A stretch of 64,000 nt of DNA from an uncultured Chloroflexia bacterium (lineage in GTDB: Bacteria; Chloroflexota; Limnocylindria; Limnocylindrales; CSP1-4): the NCBI GenBank assembly GCA_963817245.1, contig CAWFNQ010000001.1, positions 797,231 to 861,230 of the forward strand, in the 5' to 3' direction. Below the pieces are notes generated by a model. It was given only the letters and a program-made list of their open reading frames with translations. It ran no database searches and was not told the origin of the DNA. Each line of letters opens with the position of its first letter. Position 1 is the stretch's first letter. The position numbers and the translations under genes are program-made. This document shows positions 48,316-58,398 of this stretch, one piece after another.

Positions 48316-49290
48316 ATGGCGACCACCGCGCTCGAGGTGCTCCACGTCGGCTCGGCGTCGCGCGACCTGACGGCCGACGATCCGCGCGGCTGGCGGCTCG
48401 GTGGCGGGGTCACCTACGCGGCCCTGACGACGGCGCGGCTGGGCCTGCGCACCGGGGCCATCGTCGGCGTCGACGAAGCGGCGGCCGGGGCGCGTGAGCT
48501 CGACGAGCTGCGCGCCGCCGGGGTCGACCTCATGCTGGTCCATCTTCGCGAGGGACCCGTCTTCGAGAACATCGAACGGCGCTCCGGCCGGATCCAGCAG
48601 TGCGTCGCGAAGGGCGTCCCGATCGCCCCCCCGGCACTGCCCGAGTCCTGGTCCGGGGCCGCCGCGTGGTCGATCGTGCCGGTCGCTGGGGAGATCGGCC
48701 AGGAGTGGGCCGCCCACGTGCCGTCCACGGCGCTCCTCGCGCTCGGGTGGCAGGGATTCCTGCGTCACCTCACCGCGGGCCGCCAGGTCGCCCGCCGCAC
48801 GCCGGCGGCAAACCAGCTCCTCGCCCGGGCCGATCTGGTCGGGGTCAGCCATCACGACGTCGACCCGGCGACCCCGATCGCGACGCTCACGGCGATGCTG
48901 CACGACGGATCGCACCTGCTGATCACCCGTGGCCACCAGGGCGGCCTGCTCGTCGACGTCGCCGCGGGCACGCCCGCGAGCGTCGTGCGCTATCTCCCGA
49001 CCCACACCGACCGGGAGGTCGACGCGACCGGGGCCGGGGACACGTTCCTGGCGGCGCTCCTCGCGACCGCGCTCCGCCCCGCGATCGCGGGGCGGCACCG
49101 GAGCCGGCGGCCTTACGACCTGCGGTTCGCCGCCGCGGCCGGGTCGTTGGCGGTCCAGGGCGTGGGACTCACCGGCGTCCCGGACCGAGCCGCCGTCAAC
49201 GTCCGGCGGGCGAGGGAGCGAGTCCGCCGGACGGTGCTGCCGAGCGCCGAGTCGCAGGTGGGCGCGCTGGCGGTCGACGACATCGGCTGA
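48316..49290 (+). CDS. PfkB-family carbohydrate/nucleoside kinase
   Basis: DATGAGDTFLAALLA ATP/anion-hole motif. GGGVTYAAL N-terminal motif. Confidence 0.82.
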   Translation: MATTALEVLHVGSASRDLTADDPRGWRLGGGVTYAALTTARLGLRTGAIVGVDEAAAGARELDELRAAGVDLMLVHLREGPVFENIERRSGRIQQCVAKGVPIAPPALPESWSGAAAWSIVPVAGEIGQEWAAHVPSTALLALGWQGFLRHLTAGRQVARRTPAANQLLARADLVGVSHHDVDPATPIATLTAMLHDGSHLLITRGHQGGLLVDVAAGTPASVVRYLPTHTDREVDATGAGDTFLAALLATALRPAIAGRHRSRRPYDLRFAAAAGSLAVQGVGLTGVPDRAAVNVRRARERVRRTVLPSAESQVGALAVDDIG

Positions 49291-50765
49291 CGGGGCGCCG
49301 GCCCGACGGCACCGCGCCGCGCCGCGAGGCGGCGGCGGAGCCTCCGACCCCGCGCCTGCAGATCCGCCTCGAGTCGGGGCTCGGGTCGCCCGAGGGCGCG
49401 ACGTCGCTCGGCGAGCGAGAGCCCGCGGGCGACCGACGCGATGGCGGCCTCGGGGTCGCGCCGACGATGCTCGTGCACCTTCGCGAGCTCGATGGCCGCC
49501 ACGATCGCGGTCCGGCCGGGGCCCGCGGCCAGCCCGCCCCAGGCCTCCGCCGACTCCGTCCACCGGCCGAGTCGGCGGAGGAGATAGGCACGCTCGACGG
49601 CGATCCGCTCGGTCGTCCACGGGACCGCGAAGGCCGCGTTCCGGTCCGCTCGGGCCGTCTCGGGGGGAGCGACCGGCCGGCCGCCGAAGTCCGGTCGGGC
49701 GGCGGGTGCCCACCACGGCAGGTTCGTCCGAGGCGCGTCGGGTGGTCGCGCGAGACCGTGCGCCTCGACCCTCGCGCCGGGCGGGCCGTCGCGATCCGCG
49801 ACACGGTCACGACCGGGGTCCGCGGCCCGTCCGGCCGCCTCCAACGCCGCGTCGTAGCAGTCGAGGGCATCCTCGAGCCGGCCGGACCGGGCGAAGGCCC
49901 GGGCGAGCCCGCCCAGGTCGCCGGCCGGTGCCGAGCGCCGCGCGTCCCCGCTCGCATATCCGGTCTCGAGGTAGGCGAGCAGGTGCCCCAGCGAGCGGAC
50001 GTCCTGGTCGTTATGACGAACCACGTCGACGAGCGGTCCGACGGGGCCGCCCCGCAGGAACCCGAGATATCGCGCCGGGATCTCCCAGCCATCGACGTCA
50101 CCGTGCCGCTCCATCCCGAGGAGGCCCGACTCGGCGGTGCGCAGGCGGGCGTCGTCGAGACGGTGGCGGAACAACCGGCGCACGACCGGCAGGAGATCGA
50201 GGTGACCGCCGTGCTCGGGCGCCGGACGGCGGTGCATCCGGTAGCGCGTCACGAGCAGCGGCCAGTCGAACCCGCGCCCGTTGTACGTCACGAGCCAGGC
50301 GTCGGCCGGGATGGCCGCGGCCACGGCGTCGAGCAGGGCGGGCTCCTCGGCATGGTCGGGGAGGAGCAGCTGGACCTGCCGGAACCGGTCGCCCGTCCAC
50401 CAGCCGAGTCCGATGAGGAACGCCACGGTCCCGGTCGCGGTCGCGAGCCCCGTCGTCTCGGTGTCGAGACAGACGAGCGGCGCGTCGGCCGGTGGCTGGC
50501 CCGGCAGCGACGCGAGACGATCCCGGTCGACCGCCAGCAGCCGCGTCCCGCTGTCGTAGCGGACGACCGTCCCCAGGCTCGAGCGGACGACCTCGGCGTC
50601 GAGTGCGGCGGCGAGTCGCGCGGCGAGGTCCGCCGCTCCGATGCGGCGGCCCGGCGTGTCCTCGTCGACCCGTCGAGGTTCGCCATCGGCCGTGCGGGTC
50701 GCCGCGCGATATCGCTCGAGCCGCCTTGCGAGGCTGCCGCTCGGGTCGCCCGCTGCGATCGTCAT
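49113..50765 (-). CDS. mrfB: YprB/MrfB-like RNase H-fold exonuclease domain protein with helical-repeat C-terminal region
   Basis: ATG 50765 overlaps the helicase stop (ATGA). VCLDTETTGL, VTYNGRGFDWPLL, VRHNDQDVRSL. The C-terminal tail overlaps the convergent PfkB gene by 178 nt, so the true stop is uncertain. Confidence 0.7.
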   Translation of the reverse strand: MTIAAGDPSGSLARRLERYRAATRTADGEPRRVDEDTPGRRIGAADLAARLAAALDAEVVRSSLGTVVRYDSGTRLLAVDRDRLASLPGQPPADAPLVCLDTETTGLATATGTVAFLIGLGWWTGDRFRQVQLLLPDHAEEPALLDAVAAAIPADAWLVTYNGRGFDWPLLVTRYRMHRRPAPEHGGHLDLLPVVRRLFRHRLDDARLRTAESGLLGMERHGDVDGWEIPARYLGFLRGGPVGPLVDVVRHNDQDVRSLGHLLAYLETGYASGDARRSAPAGDLGGLARAFARSGRLEDALDCYDAALEAAGRAADPGRDRVADRDGPPGARVEAHGLARPPDAPRTNLPWWAPAARPDFGGRPVAPPETARADRNAAFAVPWTTERIAVERAYLLRRLGRWTESAEAWGGLAAGPGRTAIVAAIELAKVHEHRRRDPEAAIASVARGLSLAERRRALGRPEPRLEADLQARGRRLRRRLAARRGAVGPAPRQPMSSTASAPTCDSALGSTVRRTRSLARRTLTAARSGTPVSPTPWTANDPAAAANRRS

Positions 50766-53075
50766 CCGGCGGCGGCGAGCAGGGGCGCCGACCGTCGGGC
50801 CCCGAGCTCGCCCAGCAAGCGGGCCGCGAGGGCCTTCGCGTCGACATCGGGCTCGAGACGGGGACCCGTGCACGCCGGGCAGCCGGCCTCGCACGGACAG
50901 GCCGCGATCAGGTCGGCGGCACCGTCGATGAGCTCCTCGTGACGCTGCCAGAGCCGCTCCGACAGCCCGATGCCGCCCGGCACGGACTCGTACAGGTAGA
51001 TCGTCGGCTCCTCGGCGTGGGGCGAGCGAACCTGGGCCACGAGCCCGAGGTCGCGCGGGTCGCCCATGAGCAGGATCGCCGCGACCGTCTGGATCGCCCG
51101 GCCCGCGCCGAGGAGCGCGACGTCGAGTTCGTCGTGCCGCCACCGATCGCGAGCGCGGTCCGCGGTGAGCCAGTAGGCGGTCGTCTGGAGCTCGAGTTCG
51201 GGCAGGTCGATGGGGCCCCAGCCGACGTTCTCGTCGGTGACGAACTTGAGCTTCTTGAACATCGTGACGAGGCTGGCCACCATCACCTCGCCATGGATCC
51301 GCCGGCCGCGGGTCGCCGGCGCTTCGGCGAAGATCTCGAGTGGCTTGAGCGTCACCGCCCGGTCGGCGTAGGTGTAGTGGTCGACGTCGATCCGGTGGAC
51401 GTAGGCCTTGCGTTCGCCCCATTCCAGGCGGTCCACGTAGTACTGGATCGATTCGTGGATATAGATGGCGCGCTCGTGGACCAGGACCTGGGCGCTGAAC
51501 AGGTCGACTTCGCCGAGGACCCGGGGTCGGTCGGGCGTCGTGTCGATGATCACGACGTTCTCGGGCGCCGCCGTCCGCAGGGAGATCTCCGAGGCCGGGA
51601 AGTTCTCGCTCGACCAGTACCAGCGGCCGTCGTCGGCCTGGCGGACGTGACCCTCCTCACCGAGGAACGCGAGGAGGTCGTCGGCCGGGCCGGGTCCGAA
51701 GACCTCGCCCGCGTCGAAGGGGAGCTCGAATGTCGCCGCCCGCAGGTGCCCGAGCAGGACATGCAGGTTGTCCGGGTCGACCCGCGCTTCCTCGGGCGCG
51801 CCCTCGAGCAGGAACTCGGGGTGGTGGATGACGTACTGGTCGACCGGGGCGCCCGACGCGACGAGCACCGCCACGCTCGTGCCCAGCCGACGGCCGGCCC
51901 GGCCGAACTGCTGCCAGGTGCCGGCGACCGAGCCCGGATAGCCGGCCAGGATCGAGACGTCGAGCCGGCCGATGTCCACACCGAGCTCGAGGGCGTTGGT
52001 GGCGACGACCCCCAGGATCTCGCCGTCGCGCAGGCCATGCTCGATGGCCCGCCGTTCGGTCGGCAGGTAGCCGCCGCGGTAGCCACGGACGCGGCTCCGC
52101 GGACCGTAGCTCTCGCGGAGCGACTCGCGCAGGCCGGTGAGCAGCAGCTCGACGGCCACCCGCGACCGTCCGAACACGATCGTCTGCCGGCCGGCCCGCA
52201 GGAACGGCAATGCCCAGCGCTGGGCGAGGGTCACGGCGGACCCGCGGGCGCCGCTGGCCGGCTCCATGACCGGCGGATCCACGAGCACGATGTGGCGCTC
52301 GCCCGATGGCGCGCCGTTCCGGTCGATGAGCCGGGTCGGTCGCCCGATGAGGGCCGTCGCGAGCTCCTGCGGGTTCCCGATCGTCGCCGAGCAGCAGACG
52401 ATGACCGGATGGCTGCCGTAGTGCGCGCAGATCCGCATGCAGCCGTCGGAGGACGTTCGCGACGTGGCTCCCGAACACGCCGCGATAGGTGTGGAGCTCG
52501 TCGATGACGATGATCCGGAGCTGCTCGAACAGCTGGAACCACTTGGTGTGGTGGGGCAGGATCGCCGAGTGGAGCATGTCCGGGTTGGTGACGACGACCT
52601 GGCCGGCGGCCCGCACCTTCGAGCGGATGGGCGCGGGCGTGTCGCCGTCGTACGTCGACGTGATGATCGACAGCCCGGCGGCCTCCGCCAGGCCCCCGAA
52701 CTCCGCCACCTGGTCCTGCCCGAGCGCCTTCGTCGGGAACAGGAACAGCGCTCGCGATGCCGGGTCCTCGGCGATGGCCTGGAGCGTGGGCACCGCGTAG
52801 CACAGCGTCTTGCCCGACGCGGTCGGGGTCACGATCACGACGTCCTCACCGGCGTGGACCGCGTCCATGGCCTCGGCCTGGTGGCGATACGGCCGGCTGA
52901 TGCCGCGGGTGCCGAGCCCCGCGACGATGCGCGGATCCAGCCAGCCGGGAAAGTCGGCGTGCTCGGCCGGCCGGGGCGGGATGACGGCGTGGTGGACGAC
53001 CCCGCGGGCCATCGACGGCTCCTCGAGCAGGCCGGCGAGCACCGCCTCGGGATCAGCGGGGGCGTAGGTGCGCAT
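50762..53075 (-). pseudogene. mrfA: YprA/MrfA-like DEAD/DEAH-box helicase with DUF1998 4-Cys C-terminus, +1 frame break at 52439
   Basis: ORF 51657..53075 is good up to ...[14 protein letters not shown]...[23 protein letters not shown]. After one extra base, ORF 50762..52438 continues [23 protein letters not shown]...CPCEAGCPACTG. Length is 3n+1. Confidence 0.85.
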
Positions 53076-53136
53076 GCGGTTCCTCGAATAGCACGGATGT
53101 TCGAATCCGCTGGAGTCTAGCGCACCGTGACAACCC

Positions 53137-53161
53137 GTCGTGACAGCTCGGGTGTCACGAC
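53137..53161. promoter_or_regulatory. Perfect 9-bp inverted repeat GTCGTGACA-N7-TGTCACGAC in the mrfA/ftsB divergent intergenic region
   Basis: Read directly. Further GTGACA/TGACAC copies at 53128 and 53171. Function unknown (operator or hairpin). Confidence 0.4.
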
Positions 53162-53169
53162 CACGCGGG

Positions 53170-53199
53170 TTGACACCGCAGCTGAGCGTCAGCTACCCT
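53170..53199 (+). promoter_or_regulatory. Candidate ftsB promoter TTGACA-18nt-TACCCT, leaderless
   Basis: -35 at 53170-53175 and -10 at 53194-53199. ATG 53207 lies 7 nt after the -10 and there is no SD. Confidence 0.45.
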
Positions 53200-53206
53200 C
53201 GCGCGG

Positions 53207-53737
53207 ATGGTTCGCCGGCCACCCGCCACGCCGCCCCTGGACGAGCTCGACGAGATGGTCGACAGCCCGTCCGACGCCCGAACCCCGGATCGAGGCCGTC
53301 CAGGTCAGGACCTCGTCGCCGATCTGCCGGACCTCTCGAGCCTCGGCATCGCCGGATTGACCCGTCGCCACGTGGCCTGGATCCTCGGTGCGGTCATCGC
53401 GGCGTGGATCGTCATCGTGTTCGCGCGCCAGGTCGGAGACGCGCAGGCCGCGACGGCCCGGGTCGAGCAGATGACCATCGACAACGACGGCCTGTCGACC
53501 AGGGTCGAGGCCCTGTCCCGCGAGCTCGACATGATCAGGCGCGAGGCGTACATCGAGCAGCAGGCTCGCGCCCACGGCCTCGGCGGGCCCAAGGAGATCG
53601 CCTTCACGTTGGCCCAGGACGCGCCGCCGCTGCCGGATGACGCGCCGGGCTCGGCGAGCGTGCGGCTCGGGGCGCGGGCGACGCAGGTCAGCCCGCTGGA
53701 ACGCTGGCTGACGCTGCTCTTCGGCCCGGGCGAGTGA
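53207..53737 (+). CDS. ftsB: Septum formation initiator (FtsB/DivIC family)
   Basis: Single TM VAWILGAVIAAWIVIVFA followed by a coiled coil ...RVEQMTIDNDGLSTRVEALSRELDMIRREAYIEQQAR. Confidence 0.75.
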   Translation: MVRRPPATPPLDELDEMVDSPSDARTPDRGRPGQDLVADLPDLSSLGIAGLTRRHVAWILGAVIAAWIVIVFARQVGDAQAATARVEQMTIDNDGLSTRVEALSRELDMIRREAYIEQQARAHGLGGPKEIAFTLAQDAPPLPDDAPGSASVRLGARATQVSPLERWLTLLFGPGE

Positions 53738-53806
53738 TCCGGGTCGGCGGCCGACTGGCGGCCCGGTGGTCAAGTCACGGGGGCCTGCGCTAGAATCCGC
53801 GGCCGC

Positions 53807-53881
53807 GGCGGAGTAGCTCAGTGGTAGAGCAGGGGACTCATAAGCCCTTGGTCGGTGGTTCGAATCCGCCCTCCGCTACCA
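53807..53881 (+). tRNA. tRNA with CAT anticodon (elongator Met, or Ile2 if lysidinylated)
   Basis: GGCGGAG-TA-GCTC-AGTGGTA-GAGC-A-GGGGA-CTCATAA-GCCCT-TGGTC-GGTGG-TTCGAAT-CCGCC-CTCCGCT-A-CCA. Cloverleaf folds by hand. G1-U72 rules out an initiator. TAGAAT -10-like box at 53791-53796. Confidence 0.9.
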
Positions 53882-54080
53882 GCTTCGGTCCCGACGACCG
53901 GCGGGCACGGCCCGGTCGTTGCGAATCCTTACCTTCGACAGACGCCACCGGACGGCGCTCGGGAGCGTCCGGATGCGTGTCAGCGTGTAGGACCTCTGTC
54001 ACGGGGTCCTTGATGTCCCCAGCGCTATACTCGGCCCCACGGCGGCGCGTCGGCGCCGTCACCCCCCGGAGGCTCCCTCG

Positions 54081-55991
54081 TTGAACCCCAAGTTCTTCCG
54101 CAACGGCATCGTGATGGTCGTGCTGGTCCTCGGCACGGCTGCGCTGCTCTTCACCTGGATCAACGCCAGCGCGCCGACCCAGCCGGTCGGCTACTCGACG
54201 TTCCTCGACAGCGTCAAGTCGGGCGAGGTCAAGAAGGTCGTCCAGGAGGGCGACACCCTGACCGTCACGCCGACCGACAGCTCCACCGCCACCTACACGG
54301 TCGTCGTCCCCAGCATCCTCACCAAGGTCTACCCCGATGACATGCTCGCGGCGGCCACCGCCGGCGGGCGCACCCTCGAATCCGTCGACTACAGCGCCGT
54401 CAAGGCGCCCGACACCTCGTGGCTCGGCCTGCTCCTGACGGGGCTCCTGCCGCTCATCGTGATCGGCGGCTTCATCTTCTTCATGATGCGCCAGGCCCAG
54501 GGGACCAATAACCAGGCCCTGAGCTTCGGGAAGAGCCGCGCACGGATGTTCCTCGGCAACAAGACCGTCGTCACCTTCTCCGACGTCGCCGGGGTCGACG
54601 AGGCGAAGATGGAGCTCCAGGAGGTCGTGGAGTTCCTCAAGTACCCCGAGAAGTTCAACTCCCTCGGTGCGCGCATCCCGCGCGGCGTCCTGCTCGTCGG
54701 ACCTCCCGGCACCGGCAAGACCCTGATGGCCCGTGCCGTCGCCGGCGAGGCGGGTGTCCCGTTCTTCAGCATCTCGGGCTCCGAGTTCGTCGAGATGTTC
54801 GTCGGCGTCGGCGCGAGCCGCGTCCGCGACCTGTTCGACCAGGCCAAGCGCAATTCGCCGTGCATCGTCTTCGTCGATGAGATCGACGCGGTCGGCCGCC
54901 AGCGCGGCGCCGGCCTCGGCGGCAGCCACGACGAGCGCGAGCAGACCCTCAACCAGATCCTCGTCGAGATGGACGGCTTCGACACGAACACGAACGTGAT
55001 CGTCGTGGCTGCCACCAACCGCCCCGACGTCCTCGACCCGGCGCTGCTGCGCCCGGGCCGGTTCGACCGCCAGGTCATCCTCGACCGCCCGGACATGCGT
55101 GGCCGGACGGAGATCCTCCGCGTCCACACCAAGGGCAAGCCGCTCGACAAGGGCGTCGATGTCGAAGGCGTGGCGCGCCAGTCGCCGGGCTTCTCCGGCG
55201 CGGATCTCGCCAACCTCGTCAACGAGGCCGCGATCCTGTCGGCCCGGCGCAACAAGAAGGTCATCGGCATGTCCGAGTTCCAGGAGGCCCTGGAGCGGAT
55301 CGTCGCCGGACCGGAGCGCAAGTCCCGGGTCATCTCCGACGCCGAGAAGGCGATCATCGCCTACCACGAGGGCGGCCACGCCGTCGTGCAGCGGATCCTG
55401 CCCAAGTGCGACCCGGTGGCCAAGGTCACGATCATCAGCCGTGGCCTCGCCCTCGGGTACACGATGGCCCTCCCGCAGGAGGATCGCTACCTCCAGTCCA
55501 AGTCCGAGTTCGAGGACAAGATCGCCGGGCTGCTCGGTGGCAACGTCGCCGAGAAGATGATCTTCGGCGACACCACCACCGGTGCCAGCAACGACATCGA
55601 GAAGGCGACCGACATCGCGCGCCGGATGGTCACCGAATTCGGCATGAGCGAGAAGCTCGGACCGCTCTCCTTCGGGAAGCGCGACGAGCTCGTCTTCCTC
55701 GGCCGCGAGATCGGTGAGCAGCGCAACTACAGCGACGACGTCGCCCGCCAGATCGACGAAGAGGTCCGGGCGATCATCGATCGTGCGTACGAGCGGGCCA
55801 CCGAGGTCCTGACCACGCACAAGGACAAGCTCGTGGCCCTCGCCGAGAAGCTGGTGGCCGAGGAGACGGTCGATTCCGAGGGCTTCGAGTCGCTGTTCAG
55901 CGACCTGCCGCCGAAGATCAACAGCCACGCGCCGCCGTCGATCATCGGGCCAGGCCAGCCCGTCCCCGAAGCGAACCCCCAGCCCGCCTGA
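54081..55991 (+). CDS. ftsH: ATP-dependent zinc metalloprotease FtsH
   Basis: TTG start 8 nt after [40 protein letters not shown] zinc motif. Confidence 0.95.
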   Translation: MNPKFFRNGIVMVVLVLGTAALLFTWINASAPTQPVGYSTFLDSVKSGEVKKVVQEGDTLTVTPTDSSTATYTVVVPSILTKVYPDDMLAAATAGGRTLESVDYSAVKAPDTSWLGLLLTGLLPLIVIGGFIFFMMRQAQGTNNQALSFGKSRARMFLGNKTVVTFSDVAGVDEAKMELQEVVEFLKYPEKFNSLGARIPRGVLLVGPPGTGKTLMARAVAGEAGVPFFSISGSEFVEMFVGVGASRVRDLFDQAKRNSPCIVFVDEIDAVGRQRGAGLGGSHDEREQTLNQILVEMDGFDTNTNVIVVAATNRPDVLDPALLRPGRFDRQVILDRPDMRGRTEILRVHTKGKPLDKGVDVEGVARQSPGFSGADLANLVNEAAILSARRNKKVIGMSEFQEALERIVAGPERKSRVISDAEKAIIAYHEGGHAVVQRILPKCDPVAKVTIISRGLALGYTMALPQEDRYLQSKSEFEDKIAGLLGGNVAEKMIFGDTTTGASNDIEKATDIARRMVTEFGMSEKLGPLSFGKRDELVFLGREIGEQRNYSDDVARQIDEEVRAIIDRAYERATEVLTTHKDKLVALAEKLVAEETVDSEGFESLFSDLPPKINSHAPPSIIGPGQPVPEANPQPA

Positions 55992-56021
55992 GCCGAACGG
56001 CTCCCGGGCTCCAGCACCGAC

Positions 56022-56049
56022 ACGAGCGGGCCGGCGACGGCCCGCTCGT
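56022..56049. terminator. Bidirectional hairpin terminator between convergent ftsH and the AI-2E transporter gene
   Basis: ACGAGCGGGCC-ggcgac-GGCCCGCTCGT: 11-bp perfect stem, 6-nt loop. Confidence 0.6.
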
Positions 56050-56055
56050 CGCGTG

Positions 56056-58285
56056 TCAGGCGCTCGGTGGGGCAGGCGCCGGGGCCGGAGTGATCGCCGG
56101 TGACGCGTGCGTGTCGGTCGGGCGTGTCGCCTCGCCGGCATCGGCCTCGGCGGCGCCTGCGTCAGACGTCGCATCGGTCGGCGGGATCTCGCCGATGGCC
56201 GCGAGGACGTGGCGCCAGACGGCGCCGGCGATGCCGACGACCGGGACCGCGAGGAACATGCCGAGCACGCCGGCGAGCGTGAATCCGGCAGGGATGACGA
56301 TGAGCACGACCGCCGGGTGGAGGCTGACCGCGCGGCCGTAGACGAGCGGCGCGATGACGCTGCCCTGGACGATGTTGAAGACCGCGGTCCAGATCCCCAT
56401 GAAGATGATGTCCTGGGTCGTGCCGAAGGCGACGGTGATCAGGAACGCGATCGCACTCGTGACGAACTGGCCGATGTACGGGATGAAGCCGCCGAAGAAC
56501 GACAGGACCGCGACGGGCAGGGCGAACGGGATCCCGAGCAGCGTCATGATCACGAAACCGGTGATCGCATTGAACGCCCCCAGGACGCCGGTCGCGATCA
56601 TGTAGCCGCCCAGCATGACGACCGCCTGGTCGCCCACCGCCCGGACCTCGCGCTCGCGCCAGCCGCCGATCTTCCCGGTCATCCACGACCAGGCCTTGCT
56701 GCCATCGCGCAGGAAGAAGTAGGCCAGCAGCGCCGAGAGCACAAGGAAGATCACGAAGGTCGCGAGGCCGGCGACGAGCGAGGCCAGGGCCGGGAGGATC
56801 CCGCTCCCGACGGCCGAGGTGAGGCCGGACACCGCGCCCGACACGCCGGCAGGCAGCGATCCGTCGGCGCTCGTCGCGCCGGTCGAGGCCCCAGTGATGG
56901 CGCCCTGGATCGAGTCGGCGGCCGGCGCCAGCAGCGCCCCGATGGAGAGGATCGTGACGATCGTGACCGTTACCCAGAGCACGATACTGATGACGAGTGA
57001 GGACCGTGCCCGTGTCCAGCCGCGTCGCGCCTCGAGGATCCTGACGGCCGGCAGGAACGTCGCGGCGAGGGTGACCGCGACGACGATCGGGCCGATCACG
57101 GCCGGGATCTGCGCCGCGATCACCACGAAGAGCAGCATGAAGGCCCCGCCCACGAGCAGCCGCCAGCTCCACTGCGCCAACCGGTCGAGCCAGTCCGGGA
57201 TGTCGGCCGCGTTGAGCTGCTCCTCATCGGCGTCGCGTTCACCGAGCGCGTCGACGATGGCCCCGGAGACCGCGGTGATGACCGCCACGGTCGGCACGGC
57301 CACGAACATGCCGACGATGCCGCCCATCGTGAAGCCGACGAGCAGGGCGATCAGGATGACCGCCGGGTGCATGTCCAGCGTCCGCCCGTAGACCGACGGG
57401 CCGAGATAGCGGTGCTCCGCGATGTTCATGATGACGATCAGTGCCAGCAGGATGACCGCGGTCGTCAGACCGCCCGATGCGTACCCGGACAGGACGACGA
57501 CGGCGCTCGCGAACACCCCGCCGATATACGGGACGAACCCCGCCACCAGGACGATGACCGCCAGAGGCCCGGCGAGCGGGACGCCAAGGACCGTCAGGAA
57601 GACGAAGGCGGCCACTGCGTCGACGGAAGCGATCAGCGCGGTGCCGCGGATGTACCCGCCGGCTCGCCGCATCGCGTCCTCGCCGGCGGTCCGGATCCGA
57701 ACGCGCCGCCACTCGCGCAGGTCGCGCAGGCCGACGTCCCAGCCCTTCTGGCCGTCGAGCAGGAAGTAGAACGTCAGGAACAGGCCGAGCATCACGATCG
57801 TCGCGACGTTCGCGATCGAGCTGACGATGGAGGTCGCCTCGGCGCCGACCCAGGCCTGGACCTGCGACACGAACGTCTGGACGGCCGAGGTGACCTGGGA
57901 CGACGCGCCGATCTTCGCCAGGTCCTCGTCGAGCTGGTCGACGCCAGCCTGGGCGTTCTGCGCGAGTTGGACGAGCGATGGGACCAGGGCCAGCAGGATG
58001 AGAGCGAGGGCGACGATCACGACGCCCGCAGCCAGGAGCAGGGCGACGGCCGACGCCTTGGCGCGTCCCCAACCGCGCGCCAGGAGCCGCTCCTGCAGCG
58101 GACCGAGTGTCGCGACCGCGATCACCCCGAAGAGGATCGACAGGGTGACCGTGGAGAGGTACCGTCGCGAGGTAGAAGATGACGAGGCCGAGCGCGACCG
58201 TGACCAGGACGCGCCAGCCGATGGCGGCGAGCCGGTTCAGCCAGCTGGGGACGTCGGCGGAGGACGGGTGGTGGGTCGATGCCAT
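56056..58285 (-). pseudogene. Two AI-2E (PerM/UPF0118) transporter modules fused in one ORF; +1 frame break near the N-terminus (58159-58162)
   Basis: ATG 58285 gives MASTHHPSSADVPSWLNRLAAIGWRVLVTVALGLVIFYLAT. The next frame (ORF 56056..58125) continues LSTVTLSILFGVIAVATLGP... Module 2 starts at ADIPDWLDRLAQWSWRLLV. Motifs FVPYIGGV and FIPYIGQF. Confidence 0.75.
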
Positions 58286-58398
58286 GCGCGTCGGACGACT
58301 CCATCGGGACGGCCCGGTGCCGCGGGCTGCCATCCTACTCGGTGGCGCACCCTACAATGCCGCCGACCGCCCGCCGATCCCGAGTCTGACGAGGACCC

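Noticed and set aside
53084-53106. LexA/Cheo SOS box upstream of mrfA (GAAT...GTTC).
   Set aside because: The half-sites are separated by 9 nt, not the 4 nt of the GAAC-N4-GTTC / TCGAAC-N4-GTTCGA consensus. The two TCGAAT copies are direct repeats, not inverted.
53118-53136. PafBC/RecA-NDp promoter (tTGTCRgtg-N8-TAnnnT) on the minus strand upstream of mrfA.
   Set aside because: The minus strand reads TTGTCACGGTGCGC-TAGACT. The spacing between TTGTCA and TAGACT is 8 nt instead of 11 nt, and the gtg element is displaced. The match is not convincing.
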